A stretch of DNA of 64,000 nt from Candidatus Woesebacteria bacterium (GTDB lineage: Bacteria; Patescibacteriota; Microgenomatia; UBA8517), in contig OY970314.1 in assembly GCA_963716475.1 (NCBI GenBank), positions 436,790 to 500,789 on the forward strand, given 5' to 3'. This document shows positions 19,162 to 29,118 of this stretch, one piece after another. Position 1 is the first letter of the stretch. Every line of letters begins with the position of its first letter. The notes below the pieces were generated by a model. The model searched no databases and was not told where the DNA came from. It saw nothing but the letters and a program-made list of their open reading frames with translations. Both the position numbers and the translations under genes were made by a program.

Positions 19162-19512
19162 TTGATTGAGTATATATTTACAAGTATGCCTAGTCAGATA
19201 GAAAGAGTGGGCGGTTACCTTAATCTGCATGTTGGGGAGCAGTTGGATATCGCCGGTTTGGCCCAGGACTTAGGAATCTCCAAAAGGCGGATATCCACTA
19301 TTGTGGGTCTCCATTATTCACACAGACTGGAACCTCCCGAGGGGCGGGCAAGGGTTATTCTTCCCCCTGACGGTCCGGATCCTCTAAGCCATAAGGCCGT
19401 GAGCAAGGTGGTGCCAAGTAAAGAAGAACCAACAATAATATATATTGCCGGACGGGGACGTTCACACAAAAAGCATACGGATCAAATCGAAGACGATTGG
19501 GGCAGTGAATAA
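19162..19512 (+). CDS. Hypothetical 116-aa ORF filling a GC-rich (~51%) spacer; possible HTH-like stretch; could instead be a non-coding leader on the opposite strand
   Basis: Open frame with a weak HTH-like segment LAQDLGISKRRISTIV. Atypical composition and GC content versus neighbours. No family recognised. Confidence 0.25.
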   Translation: MIEYIFTSMPSQIERVGGYLNLHVGEQLDIAGLAQDLGISKRRISTIVGLHYSHRLEPPEGRARVILPPDGPDPLSHKAVSKVVPSKEEPTIIYIAGRGRSHKKHTDQIEDDWGSE

Positions 19513-19522
19513 CTTATGATGT

Positions 19523-20572
19523 TTATTTCTTCGCTCCCACTGCAATTCCCAGGCCGGCCGTTGTGGCCAGAAGCGACGAGCCCCCTGCCGAAAGAAGAGG
19601 AAAAGGAATACCCGTAACCGGAAGTATGCCCATATTCATACCGACGTGGACAAAGATTTGGACAAGATAGATCAGGAAAAACCCGGATATGTAAGCCCGG
19701 GCCGCTGCTGAAACCGCATTTTCCATGAAGTGGGTTAATCTGAAAAGAATAATAAAACTTACCATCAGGGCAAGGCCGGCACCAACTATTCCAAGTTCCT
19801 CAGCTGTTGCCGCAAAAATAAAATCCGTCTGCTTTTCCGGTAAAAAAGCCAGTTGTGTCTGAATGCCCTTTCCAAGACCCGTTCCAAAAATCTTTCCGGA
19901 ACCTACGGCGATAGTTGATTGAAGGCTATTGTATCCGGCACCCAATGGATCGCTTGTAGGCGAGAGAAATGTCAGTATTCTTTGTTTTTGATATGACGCC
20001 AAGAGATTCCAAAGTAGAGGGATGATGACAATTGTTCCGGCCAATCCCGCTAAAAGATATTTTTTATTGAATTTACTGGCAATAAGCACACCGACAAATC
20101 CAATCACAGTAAGGACTGATACACCCAGACTTGGTTGAATTAAAATAAGAATCACCGGAATGGCTAAAAGTCCTATCGCTTTAAATACTCTTTTTAAACT
20201 CATCTCGCCTCTTGTCATATAGTTTGCAAAAAAAACCAAAAGTAACGGGCGCACTATTTCGGCCGGTTGAAGACCGGAAGGTCCTATTGGAATCCAACGA
20301 AAAGTCCCCCTTGTGACCTTGCCGATAATCAAAGTAAGAAGAAGAAGCGCGATGCTTGCTATATAAAAATGCTTGGAAAAAAGGGAAACAATATCAAAAT
20401 CAATTTGCGAAAAAAACCAAAATGCGCCGAGAGCCACAATAATATAAACAAAATAGAGAGGGAAAATGGTTTTATCAAGTGAGGAAAGAATGACAACACT
20501 AAAAATTATTAGAAAAAGTACAGAAACTGAAATGGTAATGTCTTTAAACAAAAAGCCGGAGATAGACCGCAT
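19523..20572 (-). CDS. SEDS-family peptidoglycan polymerase (RodA/FtsW paralog)
   Basis: 349 aa and about 10 TM helices. The C-terminal block PVTGIPFPLLSAGGSSLL is the SEDS signature. A second paralog sits in the division/cell-wall cluster. Confidence 0.8.
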   Translation of the reverse strand: MRSISGFLFKDITISVSVLFLIIFSVVILSSLDKTIFPLYFVYIIVALGAFWFFSQIDFDIVSLFSKHFYIASIALLLLTLIIGKVTRGTFRWIPIGPSGLQPAEIVRPLLLVFFANYMTRGEMSLKRVFKAIGLLAIPVILILIQPSLGVSVLTVIGFVGVLIASKFNKKYLLAGLAGTIVIIPLLWNLLASYQKQRILTFLSPTSDPLGAGYNSLQSTIAVGSGKIFGTGLGKGIQTQLAFLPEKQTDFIFAATAEELGIVGAGLALMVSFIILFRLTHFMENAVSAAARAYISGFFLIYLVQIFVHVGMNMGILPVTGIPFPLLSAGGSSLLATTAGLGIAVGAKK

Positions 20573-20573
20573 A

Positions 20574-23500
20574 TCAGGAAGATTTTACCACTTTGTACTT
20601 CCCCTTTTTCAAACCCGCAATCTGAGCCTTTTTTGTCATCCATTCGACCAGCTCTTTCCTGGCGGGAACTTTCTCTAAAGTTACATCCACCGTCTGTTTT
20701 AGATTAAGCCCAAGTTTCTTTCTGTCCCCCTGGATACTCCTGACCAGGGCTCTGACCTCAGCCTCTTCCAGCAGTTCCGGCGTAATAGTTGTATCGAGTT
20801 CAATTTTATCCGACCCGCCAAGAAATTGAATAGTCTTTACGTTAAGCTCCTGACAGGCCAAGTCTACAATTTCCTTACTCATTTTGATGCTCTGCCCATA
20901 GACTTTGGCCTTTGCCAAGGGCTGCCTTACAGGAATTCCTAATTCTTTCCTTTTGGCGTGTATTTTTTCTACAATCTCCCTGATTTTTTCCATTTCCTGG
21001 GTAAGATCAATTTCGGTCGAAGTCAGATGTGAAGTATCACTAAATTCAGGCCAATCAGCAAGATGAATAGATTTTTCTTTGCTAAGATTTGTGTACATTG
21101 CATCTGCAAGAAACGGAGTAAAAGGTGCCATTATCTTGCAAAGACTGCAAAGGACATAATATGTTGAGGCATAAAAAGCATTACTGTCATCCCCTGTTTC
21201 CTTAGCAGGTCCGACCCTGTCGCGGGATCTTCTTATATACCAAAGCGAAAGATCGTCTACAAACTTTTCAATTTCACCCGAAGCATTAACTGCGTCAAAT
21301 TTTTCAAGAAATTCAGTCACAAGACTGACGGTTTGATTAAGTCTTACCAATATCCATTTGTCTAAAATATTAGTGGATTTGCCGGGCTTCCGGCGGGAAC
21401 CTGGTATCCAGCCGTCGAGATTTGCATATGTTACAAAAAAGTTATAAACATTCCAGAGTTTCAAATGAAACTGTCTTCTGACTTCATCAGCAGTTTTATA
21501 ACCAAAAAGCATGTTTTCGGAAGGATTTTGTTTCGCAAACATCCACCTCATGACATCCGCTCCGATTTTATCTGCACCCTCGTTAAACTCAATCATATTC
21601 CCCAAACTTTTATGCATTGCGCTTCCGTCCTCTCCTAACACGGTCCCGTGCCCCAGAACCGTTTTAAAAGGATTTGTGTCTTCCAAAACGGTGCTCATGG
21701 CGATCATTGCGTAAAACCAGTTTTTAAACTGCCCGGGAAAACTCTCGGTAATAAAATCCGCCGGGAACCATTTTTCCCAACTCTCGCGGTCAGTAAGATA
21801 AAGCGGTTTGGTTTTGCCTGTCTCAAAACCACAGGCTTTATTATTTTCGCTGATAGTAGAAAAGGGAACTATACCGGCGTCGAGCCAGGGGTTTCCTACC
21901 GGCTCAATTCTGGAAACGATTGCGCCGCAGTGGGAGCATTTTATTTTTACGGCATCAATTTGCGGTTTATGGGGGCTCTTTCCGGCAAAACCTTTCCAGC
22001 CTTCTACCGCACGCTCCTTCAGTTCTTCCTTGGACCCGAAAACCTCAAAATTATGGCATTTTTTACACTCCCATATGGGTAGCGCTAAACCCCAATACCT
22101 GTTCTTCTTACTTATAAGCCAATCATGCATATTCGTTAACCAATCCATTTCGCGGTCAAGTCCGAAGCTTGGAATCCAGTGTATCTTTTCTGCCACAATT
22201 TTCATTCTTTCTCTTAATGTCCTTGTATCGGGCATTGTTTTAATCTCATCTTCCCCGTCTTTCCATTTTTCGATTTTAAGAACGGAGTTTTCTTTTGAAG
22301 ACTTGCGGCCGGCTTTGTCCATCGCGATATACCATTCGTCCGTCATTTTCCAAACAAGTTCGGTTTTGCACCTCCAACATGAAGGATAACGGTGTGTATA
22401 ATTCATGGTCTTATACAAAAATCTTCCGTCTTCGAAGTCTCTCAGGTGATTAAGTACCAAATTCGGGTCCTTCTTGGCATTTTTACCGGCCAAAAACCCA
22501 AACCCGCTTAAATAATTGGCCTGGTCATCAATTGCGGCAATTATCGGAAGACCAATCTTTTTGCCAAATTTATGATCCTCCGCGCCGGTACCGGTCGAGG
22601 TATGAACAATTCCTGTTCCCTCTTCCGTGCTTATCGGCAATATCAAAGGATCCGTGGCGGCAACGGTGTGAAATTTATCATTTTTGGCCGTTCCGGTCTT
22701 TATTGCAGGCAGGTCGTCAAATGCCCCGGCATACCTTAGTCCGATAAGTTTGGATCCTCTTGTAACTTTTAGTTCCTTTGAACGAACGCCTGCAAAAACC
22801 CGGTCCTTCGCACCTCTTGCAACCCAATATTTCTTCCTACCGACTTCCATAAGTGAATATTCGGCGTCACCGTCAATGGCAAGGGCAATATTGGCCGGAA
22901 CAGTCCACGGAGTCGTTGTCCAGGCAAGCAAATATTCATCCGGCTGCCCGACAATGGGGAAAGAAAGAAATACCGACTCGTGGGTTACTTCTCTGTAATC
23001 CTCGGTCAAAATTTCATGCTCGCTAATCGCAGTTTCACACCTTGGACACCATGGCACAACATCGTTACCTTTATAAATCCAGCCGAGGTCTGAACAAACT
23101 TTAAGAAAGTGCCAAATCATATAATTATTGTCCTCGCTTAGTGTGTAGTAGGAATTGTCCCAATCCATAAAGTACCCGAGCCTTTTACTTTGCTCCGTTT
23201 GAATTTTGGAATATTTTTCGACACGATCCCTGCAAAGCTGGACAAATTTAGCCACGCCAAATTTTTCGATATCTTTTTTATTCTTAAAACCAAGCTCCTT
23301 CTCGACTTCAACTTCAACCCACAGGCCCTGACAATCAAAACCATTCTGAAACCTCTCCCTGTACCCCTGCATATTCTTGAATCTTTGCCAAAGGTCTTTA
23401 TACATTCTTCCCCAGGCGTGGTGAACCCCCATTGAATTATTGGCAGTAATAGGGCCATCCAGAAAAGAAAAATAGCTTTTGCTGTTTTTGTTACGATTTA

Positions 23501-23612
23501 AATACTTTTTAACAACGTCTCCCTTCTCCCATTCTTTGAGAAGTTTGGTCTCGGCTCGGGGAAAATCGACTTTAAGATCGACAGGTTCAAAAAAAGGCTT
23601 ACTTTTGGCCAT
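20574..23612 (-). CDS. ileS: Isoleucine--tRNA ligase (type 2, eukaryote/archaeal-like)
   Basis: PITANNSMGVHH class-I HIGH-region variant, WTTTPWT motif, KMSKS-region HKSLGN. 1012 aa. Confidence 0.9.
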   Translation of the reverse strand: MAKSKPFFEPVDLKVDFPRAETKLLKEWEKGDVVKKYLNRNKNSKSYFSFLDGPITANNSMGVHHAWGRMYKDLWQRFKNMQGYRERFQNGFDCQGLWVEVEVEKELGFKNKKDIEKFGVAKFVQLCRDRVEKYSKIQTEQSKRLGYFMDWDNSYYTLSEDNNYMIWHFLKVCSDLGWIYKGNDVVPWCPRCETAISEHEILTEDYREVTHESVFLSFPIVGQPDEYLLAWTTTPWTVPANIALAIDGDAEYSLMEVGRKKYWVARGAKDRVFAGVRSKELKVTRGSKLIGLRYAGAFDDLPAIKTGTAKNDKFHTVAATDPLILPISTEEGTGIVHTSTGTGAEDHKFGKKIGLPIIAAIDDQANYLSGFGFLAGKNAKKDPNLVLNHLRDFEDGRFLYKTMNYTHRYPSCWRCKTELVWKMTDEWYIAMDKAGRKSSKENSVLKIEKWKDGEDEIKTMPDTRTLRERMKIVAEKIHWIPSFGLDREMDWLTNMHDWLISKKNRYWGLALPIWECKKCHNFEVFGSKEELKERAVEGWKGFAGKSPHKPQIDAVKIKCSHCGAIVSRIEPVGNPWLDAGIVPFSTISENNKACGFETGKTKPLYLTDRESWEKWFPADFITESFPGQFKNWFYAMIAMSTVLEDTNPFKTVLGHGTVLGEDGSAMHKSLGNMIEFNEGADKIGADVMRWMFAKQNPSENMLFGYKTADEVRRQFHLKLWNVYNFFVTYANLDGWIPGSRRKPGKSTNILDKWILVRLNQTVSLVTEFLEKFDAVNASGEIEKFVDDLSLWYIRRSRDRVGPAKETGDDSNAFYASTYYVLCSLCKIMAPFTPFLADAMYTNLSKEKSIHLADWPEFSDTSHLTSTEIDLTQEMEKIREIVEKIHAKRKELGIPVRQPLAKAKVYGQSIKMSKEIVDLACQELNVKTIQFLGGSDKIELDTTITPELLEEAEVRALVRSIQGDRKKLGLNLKQTVDVTLEKVPARKELVEWMTKKAQIAGLKKGKYKVVKSS

Positions 23613-23722
23613 ATAGACCTAGTGTACCTCACTTTAAGCCGTTCTTCCAGCCTGCTAGATCATTCCAAGGCTAAACTAGGCACGATGTGCGGGTTGTCTA
23701 ACCTTCGGCGTATACTTAATTA

Positions 23723-23860
23723 ATGATCATCCGAAGGAAAGACGGCTATTTTGTTATTTCCGAAAAAGGAAAGAAAAAGCTTGGCGGTCCCTACAAAAAA
23801 CGTGAGGATGCCGAGCGCAGGTTGCAACAAGTCGAATATTTCAAACGGATTGGAAGATAA
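23723..23860 (+). CDS. Candidate small basic protein (45 aa)
   Basis: ATG-initiated ORF not in the track. It reads MIIRRKDGYFVISEKGKKKLGGPYKKREDAERRLQQVEYFKRIGR. No family assignment can be made from memory. Confidence 0.25.
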   Translation: MIIRRKDGYFVISEKGKKKLGGPYKKREDAERRLQQVEYFKRIGR

Positions 23861-23949
23861 CAACCGACAATCTCCATTGACTAGTCGTTGTATATAGTTT
23901 AATCATCTTAAATTATTGCTTTTCGTATTCCGGTGACAGATACTTAATT

Positions 23950-24612
23950 GTGAAACAAAAAGGTTTTGCCCCAATTATATTTTTGATTTTGATAGCTTTG
24001 GTATTAGTTGGATATGGGGGATACAGAATATTAGGAAATCCCCGGCAGTTGACCGAGAGAGGTGGACCAACTGCTCCCCCTTCTTCATCCTCTGACCCAA
24101 CTGCAAATTGGAAAACATATACTGATGGAGTTTTTGGCTATTCAATTAAATATCCGGAAGATTGGGAATGTAATGTTATCGGTGAACCATTATATAACTA
24201 TGGTTCTTTGGTTACTTTTAGGCCACAGCAGGATAATTCTTCCGTTATAAAGGAGATGAAAGACGTTGGCATAATCAATGTCGGAGTCAATAGAAGTGAT
24301 AAAAGTTTAGATTCTTGGATTAAAGACTTCTATTGTTTAAAACCTGAAGATTGTATCCAGCCAATAATTGATACCACTTTAGATGGACAATTGGCAAAGA
24401 AAGTATATTCTGCTTCCGACTCAGCCCTCACAACAGAAGCAATTGTAGTGAAAATAGATAAGCCTAATGACACTCAAGTAATGTATAAAAGTCTTTTCTA
24501 TACATTAACTTTAAATCATGTGGGTGGTTATGACCCCTTTAGGACGATTACGTTGGAAGAAAGAAAAATAATATTCGATGAAATGGTGTCCACCTTCAAA
24601 TTTACCCAATAA
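23950..24612 (+). CDS. Membrane-anchored hypothetical protein (N-terminal TM, extracytoplasmic domain)
   Basis: 220 aa. N-terminal helix FAPIIFLILIALVLVGYGGY then a Pro/Ser-rich linker. No recognisable domain. Confidence 0.4.
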   Translation: MKQKGFAPIIFLILIALVLVGYGGYRILGNPRQLTERGGPTAPPSSSSDPTANWKTYTDGVFGYSIKYPEDWECNVIGEPLYNYGSLVTFRPQQDNSSVIKEMKDVGIINVGVNRSDKSLDSWIKDFYCLKPEDCIQPIIDTTLDGQLAKKVYSASDSALTTEAIVVKIDKPNDTQVMYKSLFYTLTLNHVGGYDPFRTITLEERKIIFDEMVSTFKFTQ

Positions 24613-24668
24613 TTTTTTCTTCAGCAGTTGATCCCAAATACAACGACTTAAATTGTCTTTGGGTTTCG

Positions 24669-25886
24669 TTAATGAATTTTACGAAGGAATGCCGGAATTT
24701 CAAATTTCTCTCCAAAAACATCCTCGTCCTTTGAAGAACCGCCATCTTCTTCGGGTGGTTCATTTTTATGCTCTTCATCTTCCTCTTCACCCTTGGAAGT
24801 CTGTACTTCACTGACAACGCCCTGGACGACGGGTTTTTGGACAGACGTCTGACTCATCTGGGCAAGGCGTGACCGGGTTTCATCAAATCCTGTAGCAATA
24901 ACGGTAATTTTGACCTGATCGGTCAGATCGGGCTTAATTACTGCGCCAAATATAACGTTTGCATCAGGATCTGCCGCGGAAGAAATAATCCTGGCTGCTT
25001 CATCAACCTCAAACATAGTCAAATCGTTTCCTCCGGCAATGTTAAAAAGGACCCCGCGGGCGCCCTCTATCGAAAGGTCAAGAAGCGGTGAGGAGATGGC
25101 CGCGCGTGCCGCCATCTGAGCCCTATTTTCTCCAACCCCGGTCCCAATTCCAAGAAGAGCCGAACCGGCATTGCTCATAATTGCCTTTACATCGGCAAAA
25201 TCTACGTTTACAAGACCCGGTGTTGTAATAATATCCGCAATTCCCCCAACACCTTGCCCCAGCACCGAATCAACCACTTTAAACGCTTCCAGAAGCGTCA
25301 TTTTCCTGTCAATTACATCCATCAGCCTTTGATTGGGTATAACAATTAAAGTGTCCGTAGCATCCCTGAGCTTTTCAATCCCATCCTCAGCCGCAACCAT
25401 CCTCCGCGTTCCCTCAAAAGCAAACGGCTTGGTTACAACCCCTACGGTGAGAGCCCCTGCTTCCTTAGCAAGTTGGGCAATAATCGGAGAGGCACCCGTT
25501 CCGGTTCCGCCACCCATTCCCGCTGTAACAAAAACCATATCGGAATCGATTAAAAGTTCTTTAATTTTTTCCATCGATTCTTCAGCCGCTTGGCGTCCAA
25601 ACTCCGGATCTCCTCCGACTCCAAGACCTTTGGTTAATTTTTCACCGATCTGAAGTTTTGTCGGAGCTTTATTATTGAGAAGTACTTGCGCATCTGTATT
25701 TACTGCTATAAATTCAACGCCGTCAACAAGTCCCGTCTCGATCATTGAGGCAATCGCGTTCCCTCCGCCTCCACCCACGCCAATTACTTTAATTTTAGCT
25801 ATTCTGGCAGAATCAGGTTTTACGAGAGCCATATATATACATCTCTCACTTTCTTTTAGAAGAAAGTGAGGCAAAGAAATAAACAC
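24669..25886 (-). CDS. ftsZ: Cell division GTPase FtsZ
   Basis: [10 protein letters not shown] tubulin signature, T7 loop, C-terminal conserved peptide EIPAFLRK. 405 aa. Confidence 0.95.
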   Translation of the reverse strand: MFISLPHFLLKESERCIYMALVKPDSARIAKIKVIGVGGGGGNAIASMIETGLVDGVEFIAVNTDAQVLLNNKAPTKLQIGEKLTKGLGVGGDPEFGRQAAEESMEKIKELLIDSDMVFVTAGMGGGTGTGASPIIAQLAKEAGALTVGVVTKPFAFEGTRRMVAAEDGIEKLRDATDTLIVIPNQRLMDVIDRKMTLLEAFKVVDSVLGQGVGGIADIITTPGLVNVDFADVKAIMSNAGSALLGIGTGVGENRAQMAARAAISSPLLDLSIEGARGVLFNIAGGNDLTMFEVDEAARIISSAADPDANVIFGAVIKPDLTDQVKITVIATGFDETRSRLAQMSQTSVQKPVVQGVVSEVQTSKGEEEDEEHKNEPPEEDGGSSKDEDVFGEKFEIPAFLRKIH

Positions 25887-25952
25887 AAATCACACGAGCA
25901 GCAGGATTGTACATTGGGCAGAAGAAAAACTCAAGGCAACAAAATTTATATA

Positions 25953-27215
25953 CTAAGGCAACAAATTTTTTATATTATCGATCAATTTACCAAATATTCC
26001 AACTGAGGGTAGTTTTATCTTTTTTGCAAAGCTTGTCAAGTTCTCATTCGGTACTTCCTTGGCCCCGTAAAGAAGGAGTCCGATTGATGTTGCAAACGAT
26101 GGCAACATTATGTCATCAACCAGCCCGCCAACCCCCGTCGGAACCCCAATCCTAACGGGAAGGGAAAGCATACGTTTAGCTGAATCGGTAACCCCTGCTG
26201 TTTCGGCTCCTCCTCCCGTAATCACAGCCCCTGAAGGAACCCTGTTGGCCACACCCTCTCTTTCCAATTCAATTCTAACCATTGTAAATATTTCATTTAA
26301 GCGTGGCCGGATTATTCCTTCCAAAAGTGTTTTTTTGGAAACTTTCTTGATTTCGGTAACACCCATTTTTTCCAAATCCATCTCATCGCCCTCGTCTTTA
26401 TCCTTTTGTTTCTTATCCGAAAGTGCAATCTTAATTTTTTCTGCAGTCTCAAGGGAAACTCTAAGTCCGATTGCCAAATCATTGGTAACATTCTTAGCAC
26501 CTACAGGAATAACACCCGAGTATGCCAATGCGCCGTCGATATATGCCGCTATGGATGTCGTTCCGCCGCCTACATCAATTAGCACGCACCCGAGTTCCTT
26601 CTCCGTGGGGGATAAAACGCTTTCTGCCGAGGCCAGCCCGGAAAAAACCAAATCGTCGATTTGAACACCAACCTCATTTACAGCCTTTCTTATATTTTTA
26701 ACTGCCGCCGAGGCTGCAGAAATAATATGCGTATCAACTTCCAGGCGGACGCCGCTCATTCCCACGGCATCCCGGACTCCTGCTTCTCCGTCAACAATAA
26801 ATTCCCTGGGAAGAATGTGAATGGCCTCCCGTGAAGCGGGCAGAGAAATTGCGGAAGCTGCTTCTACGGCTCTATCAATATCGTTCTGGTTTATTTCTCC
26901 GCTGGGATCCGAAACTGCAACGACTCCGTGGGAGTTCTGCGAATGAATATGGGCTCCTCCCAGGGCCACAAAAACACTCTCAAGGTTATATCCTGCCATC
27001 CTCTCGGCAGCCTCGACCGATGAAATCGTCGCCTCAACCGCCTCTTCAATATCAACGATCTGCCCCTTTTTAATTCCGCGGGATTCTGAGGTAGCCGCTC
27101 CCACAACATTTAAAGAGGTCTCGGAAGTTACGGGGTCTACCGCCACTTGGCTGACAAGCGTGGCAATTTTACTGGAACCTATGTCAATTGCGGCTATAAT
27201 TCTTGATTTACTCAT
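25953..27215 (-). CDS. ftsA: Cell division protein FtsA
   Basis: Actin-like ATPase motifs AAIDIGSSKI, DVGGGTT and VITGGGA. 420 aa. Directly upstream of ftsZ. Confidence 0.9.
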   Translation of the reverse strand: MSKSRIIAAIDIGSSKIATLVSQVAVDPVTSETSLNVVGAATSESRGIKKGQIVDIEEAVEATISSVEAAERMAGYNLESVFVALGGAHIHSQNSHGVVAVSDPSGEINQNDIDRAVEAASAISLPASREAIHILPREFIVDGEAGVRDAVGMSGVRLEVDTHIISAASAAVKNIRKAVNEVGVQIDDLVFSGLASAESVLSPTEKELGCVLIDVGGGTTSIAAYIDGALAYSGVIPVGAKNVTNDLAIGLRVSLETAEKIKIALSDKKQKDKDEGDEMDLEKMGVTEIKKVSKKTLLEGIIRPRLNEIFTMVRIELEREGVANRVPSGAVITGGGAETAGVTDSAKRMLSLPVRIGVPTGVGGLVDDIMLPSFATSIGLLLYGAKEVPNENLTSFAKKIKLPSVGIFGKLIDNIKNLLP

Positions 27216-27220
27216 CTTTG

Positions 27221-27889
27221 TTATCTTAATACCGGATTTGTGAAACGCAAGTCTATCTGCGAATACCCTGCAAGGTTACCATCTTCCATCACTTTTGAAT
27301 AGATCAACCTCAAAGAACCAAGCAAAACTTCGCTGTCTCCCTCTAATGGAAATATTACTCTGATTTGGCCTGGAAGTTCAACAAGCAAACTTCCGTCCTG
27401 AACCTGCGACTCCCTGACTTGATACATTTGGAAAATTCCGCCGGCTAAATTAAGTGCAAAAAGATTCGCCTGACTTATGTTTTGTCCTACGGCCGGTAAA
27501 CTTTCTCCCACAGCAATAGCCGGCAAAACAGAATCTTGTGCAGTCGAAAGGACACTCCCGTCTTTATCAACCAGAACCAGTGAACCTGTACCTGTGTCCT
27601 TAAACGCAACAACGGCTTTTTTTATCAAAAGCTCGACATGTAAAATATTCGGAATTTTATACTGAAGTGAATAATCGGAAACCAAAAACTCGGACTTAAG
27701 GATTTTGCGAACACCGTTTTTTGAAGAAAACAGACTTTTTCCGTTAAAAGAATTCAGCTTGTCCAAAACTTGCTTCGGACAATCACCATACTGGCTTTTG
27801 CAATCAATTCTTATTTTAATGAAAAACGGTGAGATAAATAAAAGAATTAAAACTAAAAATACACAAGAGATTGCAAAGATTTTTTTCAC
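27221..27889 (-). CDS. ftsQ: FtsQ/DivIB-like cell division protein (POTRA)
   Basis: 222 aa, single N-terminal TM. Sits between murG and ftsA. Sequence is weakly conserved. Confidence 0.55.
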   Translation of the reverse strand: MKKIFAISCVFLVLILLFISPFFIKIRIDCKSQYGDCPKQVLDKLNSFNGKSLFSSKNGVRKILKSEFLVSDYSLQYKIPNILHVELLIKKAVVAFKDTGTGSLVLVDKDGSVLSTAQDSVLPAIAVGESLPAVGQNISQANLFALNLAGGIFQMYQVRESQVQDGSLLVELPGQIRVIFPLEGDSEVLLGSLRLIYSKVMEDGNLAGYSQIDLRFTNPVLR

Positions 27890-29118
27890 TTCACGTACTT
27901 CCTTAATATTAGTAAAAGCTTTCCGGACGCCCCCCGGTCCGGACTATCTTTAGACCTGATTTTTTCAACAATCGCAGAATAATCTCCGATTAAATTCTCG
28001 ATGTATGCATACAGCAGTTCCGGTGTTAAAACTTCCTGTCGAATAATTTTGGCTACACCCCAGCCCACGGCAATCCTTGCATTTTTCATCTGTTCGTTCA
28101 TAAAGCTAACCGGGATAGGGATAAATATAGCCGGCCGCTTTATGGCCATAACTTCTGAAACGGTGTTTGCCCCGGCCCTGGCAATTACAAGATCACATTT
28201 TTGATAAATTTTATAAACTTCAAGGGGATTAACCCGGACAAAAACTTCGTAATTATCCCTAAGAGCCTGCGGCAACTTTTGTTTAATATCTGAGAATTTC
28301 AGATAATCCAAGCCGCCGGTTTGATGAATTACCTTATATTTTGATAGAAGTTTTTTTAGAATACTCTCCAATGCCTCATTAATTTTTTGAGACCCGCGTG
28401 ATCCGCCTGTTACAAATATTACCGGTGGCTCCCCGATCTTTGACTTAGCTTTAACCCTTGTAACTTCTTTCATAACAGGATTTCCCGTTAATTCACACTT
28501 GGCGTGTGGGTAATATTTTTCACTTTCGCTTCTGGAAACGGCAATCCTCGACGCAAATTTTGCCGTCATGAGATTGGCCCGACCGGCAACAGATGTTTGT
28601 TCGTGGATTACAACGGGAATCCCGAGAATGTATGCGTTTAAGACAACGGGAAAGGAAGCAAAGCCTCCAAATGAAAGTACTACGCGAGGTCTAATTTTCA
28701 GTAAATAATAAAAGGATTGGAGTATCCCCACAGGTATTTTTAATATTGACGGAATTGTCCAGATTGTAAAACGCCTTTGGATCCTGCCTGTCGTTAAAGG
28801 AAGAAATTTAACTCCAAGCCTGGGTAAAATCTCGGACTCCAAAGTCAGAACTTTTCTGCCCTCAATTGCATTTTTTACTCCGATCCAGGTTATATCCCAA
28901 TCCAGTCCCTCGGCTTTAATCTCCTGGATAACTGCAACAGCGGTTGTGGCGGCGTGTCCGCCGGTAAATACAACTTTACCGGGGCTCTGACCGGCCAAGC
29001 TTTGCTTACCGGGGCTCTGACCGGCCAAGCTAGGTTTATTTTCTTTGCTTCTTAATTGTTCCATAACTTGTTTCTGATATCGCAAATCTGGATATATTAA
29101 GAAGTATACCGCAAGCAA
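27886..29118 (-). CDS. murG: UDP-GlcNAc:lipid I N-acetylglucosaminyltransferase MurG; N-terminal extension with tandem SLAGQSPGK repeat; true start probably ATG at 29064 or later
   Basis: VVFTGGHAATTAVAVI G-loop. C-terminal GT-B half with GGSRGSQ. The called start overlaps the ftsW 3' end by 83 nt. Confidence 0.85.
   Translation of the reverse strand: MLAVYFLIYPDLRYQKQVMEQLRSKENKPSLAGQSPGKQSLAGQSPGKVVFTGGHAATTAVAVIQEIKAEGLDWDITWIGVKNAIEGRKVLTLESEILPRLGVKFLPLTTGRIQRRFTIWTIPSILKIPVGILQSFYYLLKIRPRVVLSFGGFASFPVVLNAYILGIPVVIHEQTSVAGRANLMTAKFASRIAVSRSESEKYYPHAKCELTGNPVMKEVTRVKAKSKIGEPPVIFVTGGSRGSQKINEALESILKKLLSKYKVIHQTGGLDYLKFSDIKQKLPQALRDNYEVFVRVNPLEVYKIYQKCDLVIARAGANTVSEVMAIKRPAIFIPIPVSFMNEQMKNARIAVGWGVAKIIRQEVLTPELLYAYIENLIGDYSAIVEKIRSKDSPDRGASGKLLLILRKYVK
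28976..29035. repeat. Two tandem copies of a 30-nt unit (TTACCGGGGCTCTGACCGGCCAAGCT + 4 nt)
   Basis: Read directly in the sequence. The period of 30 keeps the murG frame, encoding SLAGQSPGK(Q) twice. Confidence 0.8.

Noticed and set aside
19145-19522. RNase P RNA, tmRNA, SRP RNA or 6S RNA in the GC-rich rplU-upstream segment
   Set aside because: Searched both strands by eye for GGAAAGUCCGGGC, ACAGAANCCGGCUUA, GGGGCUGAUUCUGG and the SRP GGAA tetraloop motif. Only weak partial matches such as GAAAGAGUGGGCGG and GGCUUAGAGG were seen. No named-family call could be made, so the segment is reported only as an unclassified GC-rich anomaly.
23613-23722. Possible T-box leader for ileS
   Set aside because: No AGGGUGGNACCGCG T-box motif and no specifier-loop context found on the ileS strand.
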